Notes under the pieces: generated by a model
What the model was told of the DNA's origin: nothing
Databases searched by the model: none
What the model saw: the letters and a program-made list of their open reading frames with translations, nothing else
Program-made: the position numbers and the translations under genes
Shown here: positions 47,582-60,500 of the stretch, piece after piece
Layout of the letters: each line of letters opens with the position of its first letter
Position numbering within the stretch: position 1 is the first letter of the stretch
From: Mobula hypostoma
Lineage: Eukaryota
NCBI RefSeq assembly: GCF_963921235.1
Contig: NC_086097.1
Span: forward strand, 85,314,001-85,378,000
Direction of reading: 5' to 3'
Length of the DNA stretch: 64,000 nt

Positions 47582-48926
47582 ATTTAGACCAGTTACCATG
47601 GCTCTCTTTGATACTGGAATGATGGTGACTGCCTTGAAGCCTGCAGGGACAGTGGACTGTTGCAAGTGGATATTAAAGATGCCCACAGCTGGGCCACACA
47701 ATCCCTCAGCACCTGACCAGATATGTTGTCCAGCCCTGCAGCTTTGCGTGGGTTTACCCTGCCTAAGATCCTCCTTACCTCAGCTGCGGCCAGAGAGGGC
47801 GAGCGCTCTGCTAGGGAAAGTCACACCATTCATCTCGTCAAATCGTGCATAGAAGGCATTCAACCTATCAGCAAGGGAGGCATTGCTTTTACTGATGTGC
47901 AGGATGGTGTTATGTTTCTATATCTTGCCACATAGAAGATATGTCCCTGGTGTCACAAAGGTGTCTGTGAATTTTCTGTGAGTGCTCTTGCTTTGCCTTC
48001 CTGATGGCACATGGAGTGTGTCTCTTGCTGACCTTAGAGTCATCCTGTCTCCTGATCTGAGGCAGCATTCCAATCCCTGAGCAGTGCATAAACCTCTGCT
48101 GTCAACCATGTTAGTCTGCATTGGAGTCCTCCCCTCCTTCCTCTATTCCGGCCATTCCAATGTACCTTTGTCCTCTTAAAGTTGCCGTGCCTGACTTGAG
48201 ATCACAATGTATGTTACTTAAAGGAAAATTACAGGTTGCGGTGATAGTAGTTCAGAAGAGGTATATCGAGAAGTTTTTTTTGATCAAGCTATGTATTACA
48301 TGAACGCTGGCTTCAGAAATGCACTGGTTCATTTAGTGGAGAACCATGACCAGAAGGGTAACACTTCAACCACTTTCAATGGTTGTCAGGTGGAGGACGT
48401 TGTCCAATCCAGCTAGCATCCTGCTGGTTGAGGTGATCCCACCTTCACCTTGGGGTCAGACCAGAGAAAATCGAAAGCCTGCAGTCCTGAGCAGGATTCC
48501 AACTCTCCATATCCTGATCAATCCCCAAAGCACTCAACCTCTGGATACGACCTCCATTGGAACAATCCCTGTACATTGAATATGGATGTCCTTCAGGATT
48601 TGCTCTCTTAACATCTCTGGAACCACTACTGTTTGGTCCCACTTCAGGCAATGTGCTCATCAACAGATGACATTCTCCTCATCACGTCTCTCACTCCAGT
48701 CTCTCATTCACTCCATCCTGAGAGGGTACAGGCGCATTCTGCAGCACAAAAATATCTATAGGACTGAGCCCAACAATCTCCTCAGCTATGACTGGAAGCA
48801 AGCTGAAACTGAACTGAATATACAAGTTAAACAACAGGAATTCTGCAGATGCTGGAAATTCAAGCAACACACATAAAAGTTGCTGGTGAACACAGCAGGC
48901 CAGGCAGCATCTCTAGGAAGAGGTGC

Positions 48927-48962
48927 AGTCGACGTTTCAGGCCAAGACCCTTCATCAGGACT
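48927..48962 (-). ncRNA. Minimal type I hammerhead ribozyme motif
   Basis: Minus: AGUC-CUGAUGA-AGG(GUCUUGG)CCU-GAAA-C-GUC-GACU. Confidence 0.8.
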
Positions 48963-50066
48963 AACTGAAGAAAGAGTGAGTAAGGGATTTGAAAGTTGGA
49001 GGGGGAGGGGGAGATCCAAAATGATAGAAGACAGGAGGGGGAGGGATGGAGCCAAGAGCTGGACAGGTGATTGGCAAAAGGGGATACGAGAGGATCATGG
49101 GATAGGAGGCCCGGGAAGAAAGACAAGGGGTGGGGGGGGGGAAACACAGAGGATGGGCAAGGGGTATATTCAGAGGGACAGAGGGAGAAAAAGGAAAATG
49201 AGAGAAAGAATGTGTGTATAAAAATAAGTAACAGATGGGGTACGAGGGGGAGGTGGGGCATCAGCGGAAGTTAGAGAAGTCGATGTTCATGCCATCAGGT
49301 TGGAGGCTACCCAGACGGAATGTAAGGTGTTGTTCCTCCAACCTGGGTGTGGCTTCATCTTTACAGTAGAGGAGGCCATGGATAGACATGTCAGAATGGG
49401 AATGGGATGTGGAATTAAAATGTGTGGCCACTGGGAGATCCTGGTTTCTCTGGAGGACAGAGCGTAGATGTTCAGCAAAGCGGTCTCCCAGTCTGTGTCG
49501 GGTCTCGCCAATATATAAAAGTCCCAGTCTGCATCCGCTTTGACCGCTTTGCTGAACATCTACGCTCTGTCTGCCAGAGAAAGCAGGATCTCCCAGTGGC
49601 CACACATTTTAATTCCACATCCCATTCCCATTCTGACATGTCTATCCACGGCCTCCTCTACTGTAAAGATGAACCCGCACTCAGGTTGGAGGAACAACAC
49701 CTTATATTCCGTCTGGGTAGCCTCCAACCTGATGGCATGAACATCGACTTCTCTAACTTCCGCTAATGCCCCACCTCCCCCTCGTACCCCATCTGTTACT
49801 TATTTTTATACACACATTCTTTCTCTCACTCTCCTTTTTCTCCCTCTGTCCCTCTGAATATACCCCTTGCCCATCCTCTGGGTCCCCCCCCCCCACCTCC
49901 TTGTCTTTCTTCCCGGACCTCCTGTTCCATGATCCTCTCGTATCCCTTTTGCCTATCACCTGTCCAGCTCTTGGCTCCATCCCTCCCCCTCCTGTCTTCT
50001 CCTATCATTTTGGATCTCCCCCTCCCCCTCCAACTTTCAAATCCCTTACTCACTCTTCCTTCAGTT

Positions 50067-50102
50067 AGTCCTGACGAAGGGTCTCGGCCTGAAACGTCGA
50101 CT
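50067..50102 (+). ncRNA. Minimal type I hammerhead ribozyme motif
   Basis: AGUC-CUGACGA-AGG(GUCUCGG)CCU-GAAA-C-GUC-GACU; predicted cleavage after C50098. Confidence 0.8.
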
Positions 50103-50243
50103 GCGCCTCTTCCTATAGATGCTGCCTGGCCTGCTGCGTTCACCAGCAACTTTTATGTGAATATACAAGTTCTCTGTTTTAAATTCATTGTCGCTTCCTT
50201 GTTGTGTGGTTGGATCATTGTATATGAGATATAGTATTCCAGA

Positions 50244-50580
50244 ATCTTCTTCTTAGGCAGTCTCTCCAAAAAGAGGATGACAAGCTTTCACTCCAACTTT
50301 GTTGGTTCTGAAGTGAATGATGGAAGGAATCATCAACTCTTCCACAGATGGAACAGAAGATGTTTAAAGGGGTGGTTCAGGTAGGTAGTTTGTGAGATGG
50401 CACATTCCTTCCACTATTATTTCAGATACTCTGCTCCTGGTGTATGGGCTCCAGGTTCTCAGTGCCAACAGTAATGGTCCATCCCCATGTTGAATGGTCA
50501 TGGGCCAGTGATTGGCAGGAGTCAGTGGGGTTGTTACAACTCTTCAAGGAAAGTTTGAGCAAATCTTTGATCTGTCTGCA
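50244..50580 (-). mobile_element. Old RTE-like LINE 3' end
   Basis: (TCT)n then TAGGCAGTC...GAGGATGAC hairpin-type terminus resembling 43745-43770. Confidence 0.45.
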
Positions 50581-51351
50581 CACAGCAAAAGCAGTTGATT
50601 ATAACCATGCATTGCGAAACATACTTTTGATTTGTTGCTACTGTGTTACATACCTCACTATGGTGTCACACTGGTAGTTCTTCACACAGCATCCTCTTGA
50701 AAAGATCAGCCTTTTTATCTACTCAACATCTCTGTGACTCTGCTCTTTGATAAAGACTGCCTCATTTCACAAGGAGGAGGTAAATTGTTTATATTGAATG
50801 AGAAAATAATTTGTGATCAATTTCAATCAGCAGTTCATTTTATGGCATTGCACGTAGCTTACCAATCAGAATATACTGGCACTGAGGAAAGATAAGAGTT
50901 GAGTGCAATTTTAATTGTCAGTGCTTAGCTGGGGATAGGTAACTTTTGTCAGACAAAGCTCCATCTCGTTAGAGCTTTTGGCCTGTGGTGTTACCTTCCA
51001 GCTCTTGCATTCATTCATTTTCAGTAGGTTTTGATTAACTTAAGCTTGCTGAAGAACTTCGATAAACTCATCAGACTTGTGTTATCATCAGTGACCATTT
51101 TCTTTTAATGAGAGTCTGCTTCCTCATGTTAATTTTAATTTCTGGCCCTGTTACTTCACTTTGAGTCTGATACTAAATTGTCTTCCAGAATTTCCAACTG
51201 TACTCCTGAATGATAAGCCTCCTCACCTCCATTATGTTTTGGTTGCTATGGTGAATTCCTATCCTATCAACTGCCCCGGACAGGCCAGCTATTGCCCACA
51301 TTCCCGCCCCATCTCAGGTCCTGCCCGCATGGCATTTACCACAATGTCAGA

Positions 51352-52660
51352 TTTATAGTGTCATAGAACCTTTCAACCCATTGAGGCTGCACCAAGCTAT
51401 GATTCTGTCTAGACCCATTGACCCACACCTGGGCCATTTCCCACCATAACTCTCCCATCCATGTACTTACTGAACTTTCTCTTAAACCTTGCCATCGAGC
51501 CATAACCACCATTTTCGCTGGCAGCTCGTTCCACACTCTCACTACCCTCTGAGTGAAGAAGTTCCCCCTCAGGTTTCCCTTAAATATTTCACCTTTCACC
51601 CTTACCCCATGACGTCTAGTTCTAGTCTCACCCAACCTCAGTGGAAAAAGCTTGCTTGTAATTAGCCTATCTATATCCCTCATAATTTTGCATACCTCTT
51701 CAAACCTCCCCTCATTCTCCTACACTTCAGGGACTAAAGACCATAAGACCATCAGATATAGGAGCATAATTAGGCTACTGGGCCCATCAAGTCTGCTCTG
51801 CCATTTCATTTTGGCTGATCCATTTTCCCTCTCAGTCCCGATCTCCTGTCTTCTCCCTGTATCCTTTCATTCCCTGGCAAATCAAGAATCTAACAACCTC
51901 TGCCTTATATATACCCAATGGTTTGGCCTCCACAGCCACCGGTGGCAACAAATTCCATACATTCGCTGCTCTCTGGCCAAAGAAATTTCTCCTCATCTCG
52001 TTCTGAAAGGACACCACTGTATTCTGAGGCTGTGTCCTCTGGGTCTTAGACTCCCCCAACCTAGGAAAACATCCTCTCCTCATCTTAAAGTCCTAACCTA
52101 TTCAATCATTGCCTGAAACTCAATCCTCAAGTACCACCAACATCCTTATCAATTTTCCCTGCACTCTTTCAATCTTATTGATATACTTCCTGTAGGTAGG
52201 TGACCAGAAATGCACACAATACCCCAATTCTGGCCTCAGCAGCATCCTAAATACAACCTCAACATAATATCCCAACTCATCTAAGCAGTACCCTGATTTA
52301 TGAAGGCCAATGAGCCAAAGGCTCTCTTTACAAACCTATCTACCTGTGAAGCCACTTTCAAGAAATTACGATTTGTATTCTCAGATCCCTCTGCTCTACT
52401 GGACTCCTCAGTATCCTACCGTTCACTGTGGAAGCCCTACCCTGGTTTATCTTCCCAAAGTGGAACAACATCACACTTATCTGCATTAATTTCCATCTGC
52501 CATTTTTCCAGCTAGTCCAGATCCCGCTGCAAGGTTTGATAATTTTTCTTGCTGTGTACTACACCCCCAATCTTGGTGTCATCCACGAATGTGCTGAACC
52601 AAATTACTACATTATCACCCAAAGCATTAACTTAGATGACAAACAACCACAGACCCAGTA
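51352..52660 (-). mobile_element. CR1 3' fragment with a second CR1 3' end nested at about 51740-52085
   Basis: FKGNLRGNFFTQRVVRVWN; nested EMRRNFFGQR with CCATAAGA tail repeats; TAAAG at both junctions. Confidence 0.85.
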
Positions 52661-54328
52661 CCGAATGGACCAGACTGCTGATTCAAAGAGGGCAAAAGGT
52701 AGTTCATGATAAACTCTTCATCATTCTCGGACACAGCAGTCTTATCGCACTCTTGTTCTCCCAACCTGGAACATCTAATGATTAAGTGCCATCTGTTTCA
52801 CTTACCGAGAGAGTTTGCCTTCCATGATCCTGGTCATAGTTTACACATCAACAAAGGCAGAAGTAAAGCAAGCACTTGATGTACTGAGTGTCATGATTAG
52901 CAAACAAGAAACAGCCTACACCGGCACCTCTCAAATCATTGCCGAGGATTTCAGTTAAGCTTGCTTGAAGAAATCTCTGTCAAATTGTTATCAACATATC
53001 ACCTGCATTACCAAGGGTCTCAAAACACTCAGCACTGCTACACTACCAGAAGGAGTACGTACAGTTCCATTCCCAGACTGCATTTCAGGAGATCTGAACA
53101 TCTGGCTGTCCTACCCTACCTGCATACTGTCAGGGGCTAATGAGCAAGGTCAACAAAGGGGTTGTCCCGAGGTACATAGAAGCGACTATGGGATTGCACC
53201 AAGTCATTGGACTGGGCGATGTTCAGGAACTCATCAGAGTATCAGAACGAATAAACCATAGTTATTACGAACGTTATAAATTCAGTTGTGGATGAGTGTA
53301 TCCCCACAAAATCACTTGGATTGTTACTCAACCGGAAGACCTGGATGAACCAAGAGGTTCGCAGTCTGCTGAGGGCCAGCTCAGTGGTGTTGAGGTATGA
53401 CACAAGGGCAAGGCATGACCTCTGGGAAGCCTTCTCACACGTGAAGTGGTGATTCTGAGCCAAAGAGGAATCACAGAAGGATGCTTGGCAGTTGTGGCAA
53501 GGCTTGAATTCTATCATCTCCTACAAAGTAAAATGAAACGACATATGTGACACCAAGGTTTCACCCCCGATGAGCTCCATGCTTCCTATGCTATCTTTGA
53601 CTGACAAACCATGGAGGCACCTTCACAAACTCCCACAGCCCCCAGAGACGGTGATTTCTGTCTCTGAGGCCGACATGAGAGTACCTTCCAGAGGGTGAGC
53701 CCGTAGAAAGCATCTGGCCCGGATGGGTTACCAGGGTGAGTGCTGAAGAACTGAGTTGATCAACTGGTTGTTCACCTGAGATCATTTACATCTTGCTTCA
53801 TCAGTCTTCAAGCAGTCTTCAACTATGCCCAGGAAGAACGTGGTAACCTGTCTCAATGACTACTGTCCAGTAGCACATTCATTAACTATGATGAAGTGCT
53901 TTGAGAGGTTGGTAATTAAACTTTATCAACTCCTTTCTGAGGAGTGACTTGGATCTGCTCCAGTTTGCCTAATGTCACAACAAGTCCACAGTAGATGCCA
54001 TTTCATTGGCTCTTCACTCAAACCTGGAACATCTGGACAGTGAAGATGCATACATCAGGATGTTTTTCATTGACTACAGCTCTGCATTCAATATTACTAT
54101 CCCCTCAAAACTAACCAATAAGCTCCAAGATCTAGCTCAATATCTCCTTGTGCAACTGAATCCTCGATTTCCTTACTTGCAGACCCCAATCACTTCAGAT
54201 CAGCAACAATATTTCCTCCACAATCTCCATCTGCACAGGTGCACCATAAGGCTGTGTGTTTAGCCCCCTGCTCTACTTGCTTTACACTTATAACTGTGAG
54301 GCTATGCATAGCTCCACTGCCATATTTA

Positions 54329-54568
54329 AGCAACACACATAAAAGTTGCTGGTGAACGCAGCAGGCCAGGCAGCATCTCTAGGAAGAGGTGCAGTCAATG
54401 TTTCAGGCCGAGACCCTTCATCAGGACTAACTGAAGGAAGAGAGAGAAGGGTCTCGGCCTGAAACATCGACTGCACCTCTTCCTAGAGATGCTGCCTGGC
54501 CTACTGCATTCATCAGCAACTTTTATGTGTGTTGCTTGAATTTCCAGCATCTGCAGAATTCCTGTTGT
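54329..54568. mobile_element. 240-bp palindromic Penelope mini-element, 12-bp TSD CTGCCATATTTA
   Basis: Two inverted pLTR pieces; TSD at 54317-54328 and 54569-54580. Confidence 0.92.
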
Positions 54569-55097
54569 CTGCCATATTTATGTTTGCTGACATCTCCACT
54601 CACGTTGGCCAAATCAAAGGTGGTGAGGAATCAGCATATAGGAGGGAGATTAAAAATCTAGCTGAACAGTGCCACAGGAACAATCTCTCACTTATGTCAG
54701 CAAAACCATCGAGCTGATGACTGAGTGCAGGAGGTCTATGAGCCAGTCCTCACCAGAGGATCAGAGGTGGAGAGGGTCAGCAACTTCAAATTCCTCAACG
54801 TTATCATTTCAGAGGATCTGTCCTGGGTTCAGCATGTAAATGCTATTCAAAGAAGTCACAGCAGAACCTCTACTTTCTTAGAGGTTTCCAAATGTTCAGT
54901 ACATTATTTGAAACTTTGGCAAACTTCTACTGATGGGCAGTGGAGAGTACACTGAGTGGTTGCATCATGGCCTGGTATGGAAACATCAGTGCCCCTGAAC
55001 AGAGCAGCCCACAAAAAGATGGATACAGCCCATTCCATCATGAGTAAATCCCTCCCCACCATCAAGCATAGCTACAAGGAGCGCTCTTGCAGGACCT

Positions 55098-55126
55098 ATC
55101 CATCATCATCATCATCATCATCATCA
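55098..55126 (+). repeat. (CAT/TCA)n microsatellite
   Basis: Expansion of the Rex1 TCCATCATCAAGGAC motif. Confidence 0.9.
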
Positions 55127-56411
55127 AGGACCCTCACCATCCCGGCCATGCTTGCTTCTTTCTGCTGCCATTGGGAAGGTAGTACAGAAGCCTTGGGTCG
55201 CACACCACCAGGTTCAGGAACAGTTATTACTCTACAACCATCAAGCACTTAAACCGGAGGGATCAACTTCACTCACCACAACACTGAACTGTCCTCACAA
55301 TCCATGCCTCACTTTCAAGGACTCTTCATCTCATGTTCTCGATATTTAAAACTTATTTATTTATTATTATTATTTTGTTTGTTTTTTTAACTTTTTGTAT
55401 TTACACACTTTGTTGTCTTTTGCACATTTGTTGTTTGCCTGTCTTGTTGTGTGCAGTTCTTCATTGATTCTATTGTATTTCTTGGTATTTACTGTGAATG
55501 CCTGCAAGAAAATGATCTTGGGATACTATATGGTGACATATATGTACGTTGGTAATAATCTTACTTTGAACCTTTGAGCGAGAGCCAAAGGACTGCAAGA
55601 GATAAAGCTGAAGTATTTGTACCCATCTCCATGCAGTGCTGTGAATGATACTTGCCATCAAAGGTGACGGTCTCCAGCTGACTTGCTGCACACATTGCAA
55701 GTAAACAACTAAGTTAACTGAGCAAAAAAAGGTTATTTTATAAGGCTATTTTCCAAAAACAAAACTTCCAACACTGACAAACCAGAAGCAATGTTGCGAT
55801 CTTCAGCAGGTGAAACATGAATTGTAAGAGTCTGGCTGTTCGGGCACTGTTTGAATGAGTGATTTAATTCACCCCACTCCCCCGGTTTTCTTCTCTGAGT
55901 CCTACACGTGTTTGTTTGCTAATCCCCTGTAGAAGTTGTTAGACAACGTGCTGTCATCACTACTGTATCTGATATCACAGTGATTTGCAGTGTTAAAAAA
56001 TCCTCCTCTCCAGTTCTTTTGCAAATTATCTTCAACACTTCGTCATGAATGCGATGTTCTTTTATGGAGGGAACCTAACCCTCAGGATTAGCACGATGTG
56101 ATTGCATCTAATGGATAAATTACTATCCAGTTTTACCATTCAATTTTTATGTGATTCTGTAAAATCAATTTTATTGCTAATTTAAAGACCCACTTTTTAC
56201 AGATTGTGTTCCTCATATAAACCTCTTTAGGGATCCAGAATATGAACCACAAAAATGTATGTTGTTAATATGAAAAACCAACTAATAAAATCAGTTTTGA
56301 TTTGGAACATTGCTAGACCTCAGAAAGACAACTGAAGGACAAAATGACTTGGCCACATTGGTTTTGTACAGATAAAGGATGGATTTCATCATCAATCATG
56401 TATTTATTCTA

Positions 56412-56770
56412 AGTGCAAGAAAGTCTGCAGATACTGGAAATCCAAAGCAACACACACAAAATGCTGGAAGAACCCAGCCGGTCAGGCATTGTCTATGGAA
56501 ATGAATAAACTGTTGACATTTTGGGCTGAGACTCTTCTTCAGGACAGGGAAGGAGGACACCACAATAAAAAGGTGGGGGGAGGGGAAGGAGGATAACTAG
56601 AAGGTGATAGGTGAAGCGACGGTGGGTAGGAAAGATACGGGGCTGGAGAGGAAGTCATTTGATAGCAGAGGAGAGTGGACCATGAGAGAAAGGGAAGGAA
56701 GAGGTGGAGGGTAGGTGAGAAGAGGTAAGAGGCCAGAGTGGGGAAGAGGGGAGGGGAGGGGGAAGGATAT
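56412..56770 (-). mobile_element. Penelope pLTR and purine tract (older subfamily)
   Basis: TCTGCAGATACTGGAAATCCAAAGCAACACACACAAAATGCTGG; degenerate hammerhead region. Confidence 0.8.
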
Positions 56771-57244
56771 TTTTTCATTCATTCTTCCCTTACTTTTAAT
56801 TCAAATCTTTTGCTCATGTTTTATTCAACATAAAATTTGAGGATCATAAATGTATTGTAAATTCAGCAGTGACATTTCAAAAATTTTAAAGTTATTTGCT
56901 ATTTATATGCTGACAGCTGCTTATGATTTTGCTCTTAGCAGCTGAAATGCCCTGGCATCTGAGATGGATTAGCCTCTAATCAATTACTTCAGTAACTGTA
57001 TCACTGTAGCCCTGGAAGTAGCTGTATACCCCACTAGGAAACGAAAGGCTGACGTTAGCTGGAAATAATCATCGCCACAGCAGCAGAATTAAGCTGACTA
57101 TAAACCACAGAAAGTCACAGATGTACAATGTAGCTGCCTCTCCAAGCCTCAGTTTTGTTAGGGAAAGAATTTTGCAAATTAAACTACTTTGGTTTCGGTT
57201 TTGGCATGCAAGTAATTAATTGTTTGAGTCAACGCTCAAATAGT

Positions 57245-57445
57245 TAGCTGGCTGGTGATGTAGAGGCATCCACACCAGACTTCGAGGCGTGTGGTCCTGA
57301 TTTCAAATCCGGCTGGCTCCTTGCATGCTTTCCATCTGTGCTGCATTGACCATTGCAATAGCAACTCGGCCTCATAAAACACAAGTGCTAAAGAAATGAC
57401 AGGGTTACCGCCCGATGCGCCACAAGGTTGGGAGAGAAACAAATC
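57245..57445 (+). mobile_element. tRNA-derived SINE related to 29687-30015
   Basis: GCTGGTG...GGCATC head; shared TTTCCATCTGTGC, GCAACTCG(G/A)CCT and TGCGCCACA. Confidence 0.7.
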
Positions 57446-57509
57446 TTAAAAAATAAACCAGAAGTTTATCATTAGAAATGTAGAGATTGATTTGAATGGT
57501 TCCTTTCAT

Positions 57510-60500
57510 GTTATAGAACAGTACAGCTCAGGAACAGGCCCTGTACTAAACCAATTAAATTAGTAATCAAATGGCCAGTTCAACTAAATGCTTCTGCCTA
57601 CACTATGTCCACATCCCTCCATTTTCCTCAAATTCATGTGCTTATCTAAACGTCACTTAGAAGTAATGTATCTGCCACTACCACCATATCAGGTAGTGAA
57701 TTCCAGGCATCTATCACTCTCTGAGTAAAAACTTACCCCTCACATCCCCTTTGAACCTACCCACCTCACCTTTAATCATACCCTCGGTAGACATTTCTAC
57801 CCTGTGAAGCAGCTACGTATATTAGAATTCCCCTCAGCCTCTATCACTCCAAAGTGAACAACCCAAGTTTGTTCAGCCTCTCCTGATAGCACGTGCCCTC
57901 TAAACCAGGCAGTATCCTGGTAAACCTCTTCTGCTCCCTCTCCAAAGTCTCAACGTCCTTCCTATAGTGGTGTGACTGGAACTGTATGCAATATTCCATA
58001 TGTGGACTAACCAGAGTTTTATAAAGTTGCAACAATACCTCCTGACTTTTGAACTCAATGCCTCAACTAATAAAAGCAGGCATTCTATAAGCTTTCCTAA
58101 CCACCTTATCGACCTGTGTAATCACTTTCAAGGAGCTATGAACTTGGATCCCAAGATCTCTCTGCTCAACAACACTGTTAAGGACCTTATCCTTAACAGT
58201 GTACTGTATCCTTGCATTTGACCTATTGAGCTGCAACATCTCTCATTTATCTGCATTAAACTCTATCTGCCATTTCTCTGCCCACATCTGCAACTGATCT
58301 ATATCACGCTGTATCCTTTGCCAGTGTTCTCCACTATCTACAACCCACCAATCTTTGTATCATCCGCAAACATACTATCCCACTGATCTATATTTTCATC
58401 CAGGTCATTTATATACATCGCAATCGGCAGAGGTCCTAGCACAGATCCCTGTGGAACACTACTAATTGCAGACCTCCAGTTCGAATAAATCCCTTGAACC
58501 ACCAGCGTCTATCTTCCATGCACAAGCCAGTTCTGAATCCAAATAGCCAATTTGCTGCAGACCTTATGCACCATAATCTTCTGGATTTGCCTCCCATGAG
58601 GGCCTTTGTCAAACTAAAATCCACAAAGACAAAAGCAACTGCCCTACTGTTATCAATCTCTCTCATCACCTTGTCAATCACCACACAGCCATGCTGGCTC
58701 TCCCTAATTAGGCCATGGGTTTCCAAATGCTCATATATCCTATCCCTAAGAATTAATTTTCTCCAGCAATTCCCCTACAACTGACATGAGACTCACCAGT
58801 CTATAGTTCCCAGGATTTTCCCTTGTTCCCTTTATAAATTGATGTACAACATTGACCTCTCAACAGTCCTCCGGGACCTCGCCTGTACCTAGAAAGGACA
58901 TGAAGATAACGGTCAAGCCCCATCAAACTCATCTCTTGACCTCTTCAATAACCTAGGGTGAATCCCATCAAGTCCTGGGGACTTATCCACCTTAATACAC
59001 ACTAGGAAGATGAACATTTCCCTGTCCTTGACCTCCAAATGCCCTAACATATTTATACACTCAGCACTGATCTCCTGATTCTCCACGTCCTTTTCCTTGG
59101 TAAATACTGAAACAAAGTACTCATTAAGAACCTCACACATTCTCTGCATCCAAGCAAACGTTCCCCTCTTTATCCTTGAGTGGTCCTACCCTCTCTCTAG
59201 TTATCCTCTTGCTCTTGATGTTTGCATAAAATGCCTTGGGATTCATCGTAATCCTACTTGCTGAGGACTTTCCATAGCCCCTCCTAGCTTTCCTAAATCC
59301 CTTCTTTAATTCTTTTCTGGTTTCTTTGTACTCTCCATGTGCTTCACTTGATCTGAACTTCCAAAACTTAACATACTTTTCCTTTTTCTTCTTGACTAAA
59401 TTCATCACCTCTCTGGACATCCAAGGTTCTCTTATCTTTCTATCCCTGGTCTTCCTTCTAACAGGAACATACCTTTCCTGTACTCTGCGCAATTGATCTT
59501 TAAACACCCTCCATATGTCTGATGTGGATTTGCCAGAAAAAGAAGTGTTCCCAATGAACTCTTCTTAGTTCTTGCTAAATGCCCTTGTAATTTGCCCTAC
59601 GCCAACTTAAGTCTCTCCCACAAGGACCATACCTATCCTTATCTATAGCTATTCTAAAAGTTAAGGAGTTGTGGTCACTATTCCCTAACTGTTCACCCAC
59701 TGAAAGGTCAGTTAGCTGGCCAGGCTCATTACCTTACACCTGGTCCAGTACAGCCCCTCCTCTAGTTGGACCGTCCATATAATGATTTTATAAACCTTTC
59801 TTGGATACACTTAACAAATTCTGTCCCACTTAAAACCCATGCACTAAGACAGTCGCAGTTTATATTAGGGAATCATTTCCTCACTGTCCTGGTGGCTATG
59901 GGGGGTGGGGTGTGGGTGACGCATCTGTAGTACAATTCCACTGGCGTGATTGCACCCTTCCTATTCCTGGGTTCTACCCAAATGGACTCAGTGTCTGTCC
60001 CTCCATTGTGTCCCCCCTGAATGCAGCTGTGATATTGCCCGAGTAGTAGTACAACTCCCAGAGACTCTCTTCAAGCACTAGATGGAGTAAGTCGCACTTG
60101 ACTTTGCTCCGTTCTTTTTTTCATTTATTTACCACCTGTTTAGTATTCACTTTGAAGTGTTTACATTATTGTTGTATGCTTGAATTTTGATTGTTAATTC
60201 TTGGAAATGACAAGGGAAAAAGGCACTAACCGAGAGCGAGGAAGCCGGCAATGGAAATGGAGGAGGAGGAGGAGGCGACCCTAAACAGTCTAAACAGCCT
60301 AAACAGGCACAACTGACTTTGGAAGTTACATCCAAGCTTTTGGATGACAAACTTGATAAATTTGATAAAAGATTTTCTAATCTCGAGATAAAGTTAAATA
60401 ATATTGAAGATCACATTGGAGCAATTAAACACGAGAATGAAAAGCAACAACAATTAATTTCGGATCTTGATGAAAATGGCACACAAAGAGACTGCAGATT

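Larger units (their letters stand above)
45437..48230 (-). mobile_element. Long decayed Rex1/Babar-like LINE interrupted by hAT
   Basis: LSTGALPRGCELSSL, ESAYRKEIESLVKWC, PLPSGR, VPAGFKAVTIIPV. Confidence 0.85.
48829..50157. mobile_element. Young Penelope-like element as a long inverted repeat, 14-bp TSD TGAATATACAAGTT
   Basis: GIY-YIG C-terminal half on both strands (YIGET...RFAEHLRS...PVATHFN...RLEEQHL...PDGMN); TSD at 48815-48828 and 50158-50171. Confidence 0.95.
52830..55576 (+). mobile_element. Long decayed Rex1/Babar-like LINE
   Basis: [24 protein letters not shown]; tail TAATAATCTTACTTTGAACCTTTGA. Confidence 0.85.

Noticed and set aside
48586..48810. MSFRICSLNISG as the start of a Tx1/L1 ORF2
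   Set aside because: Only a short motif resemblance; downstream endonuclease motifs are not readable
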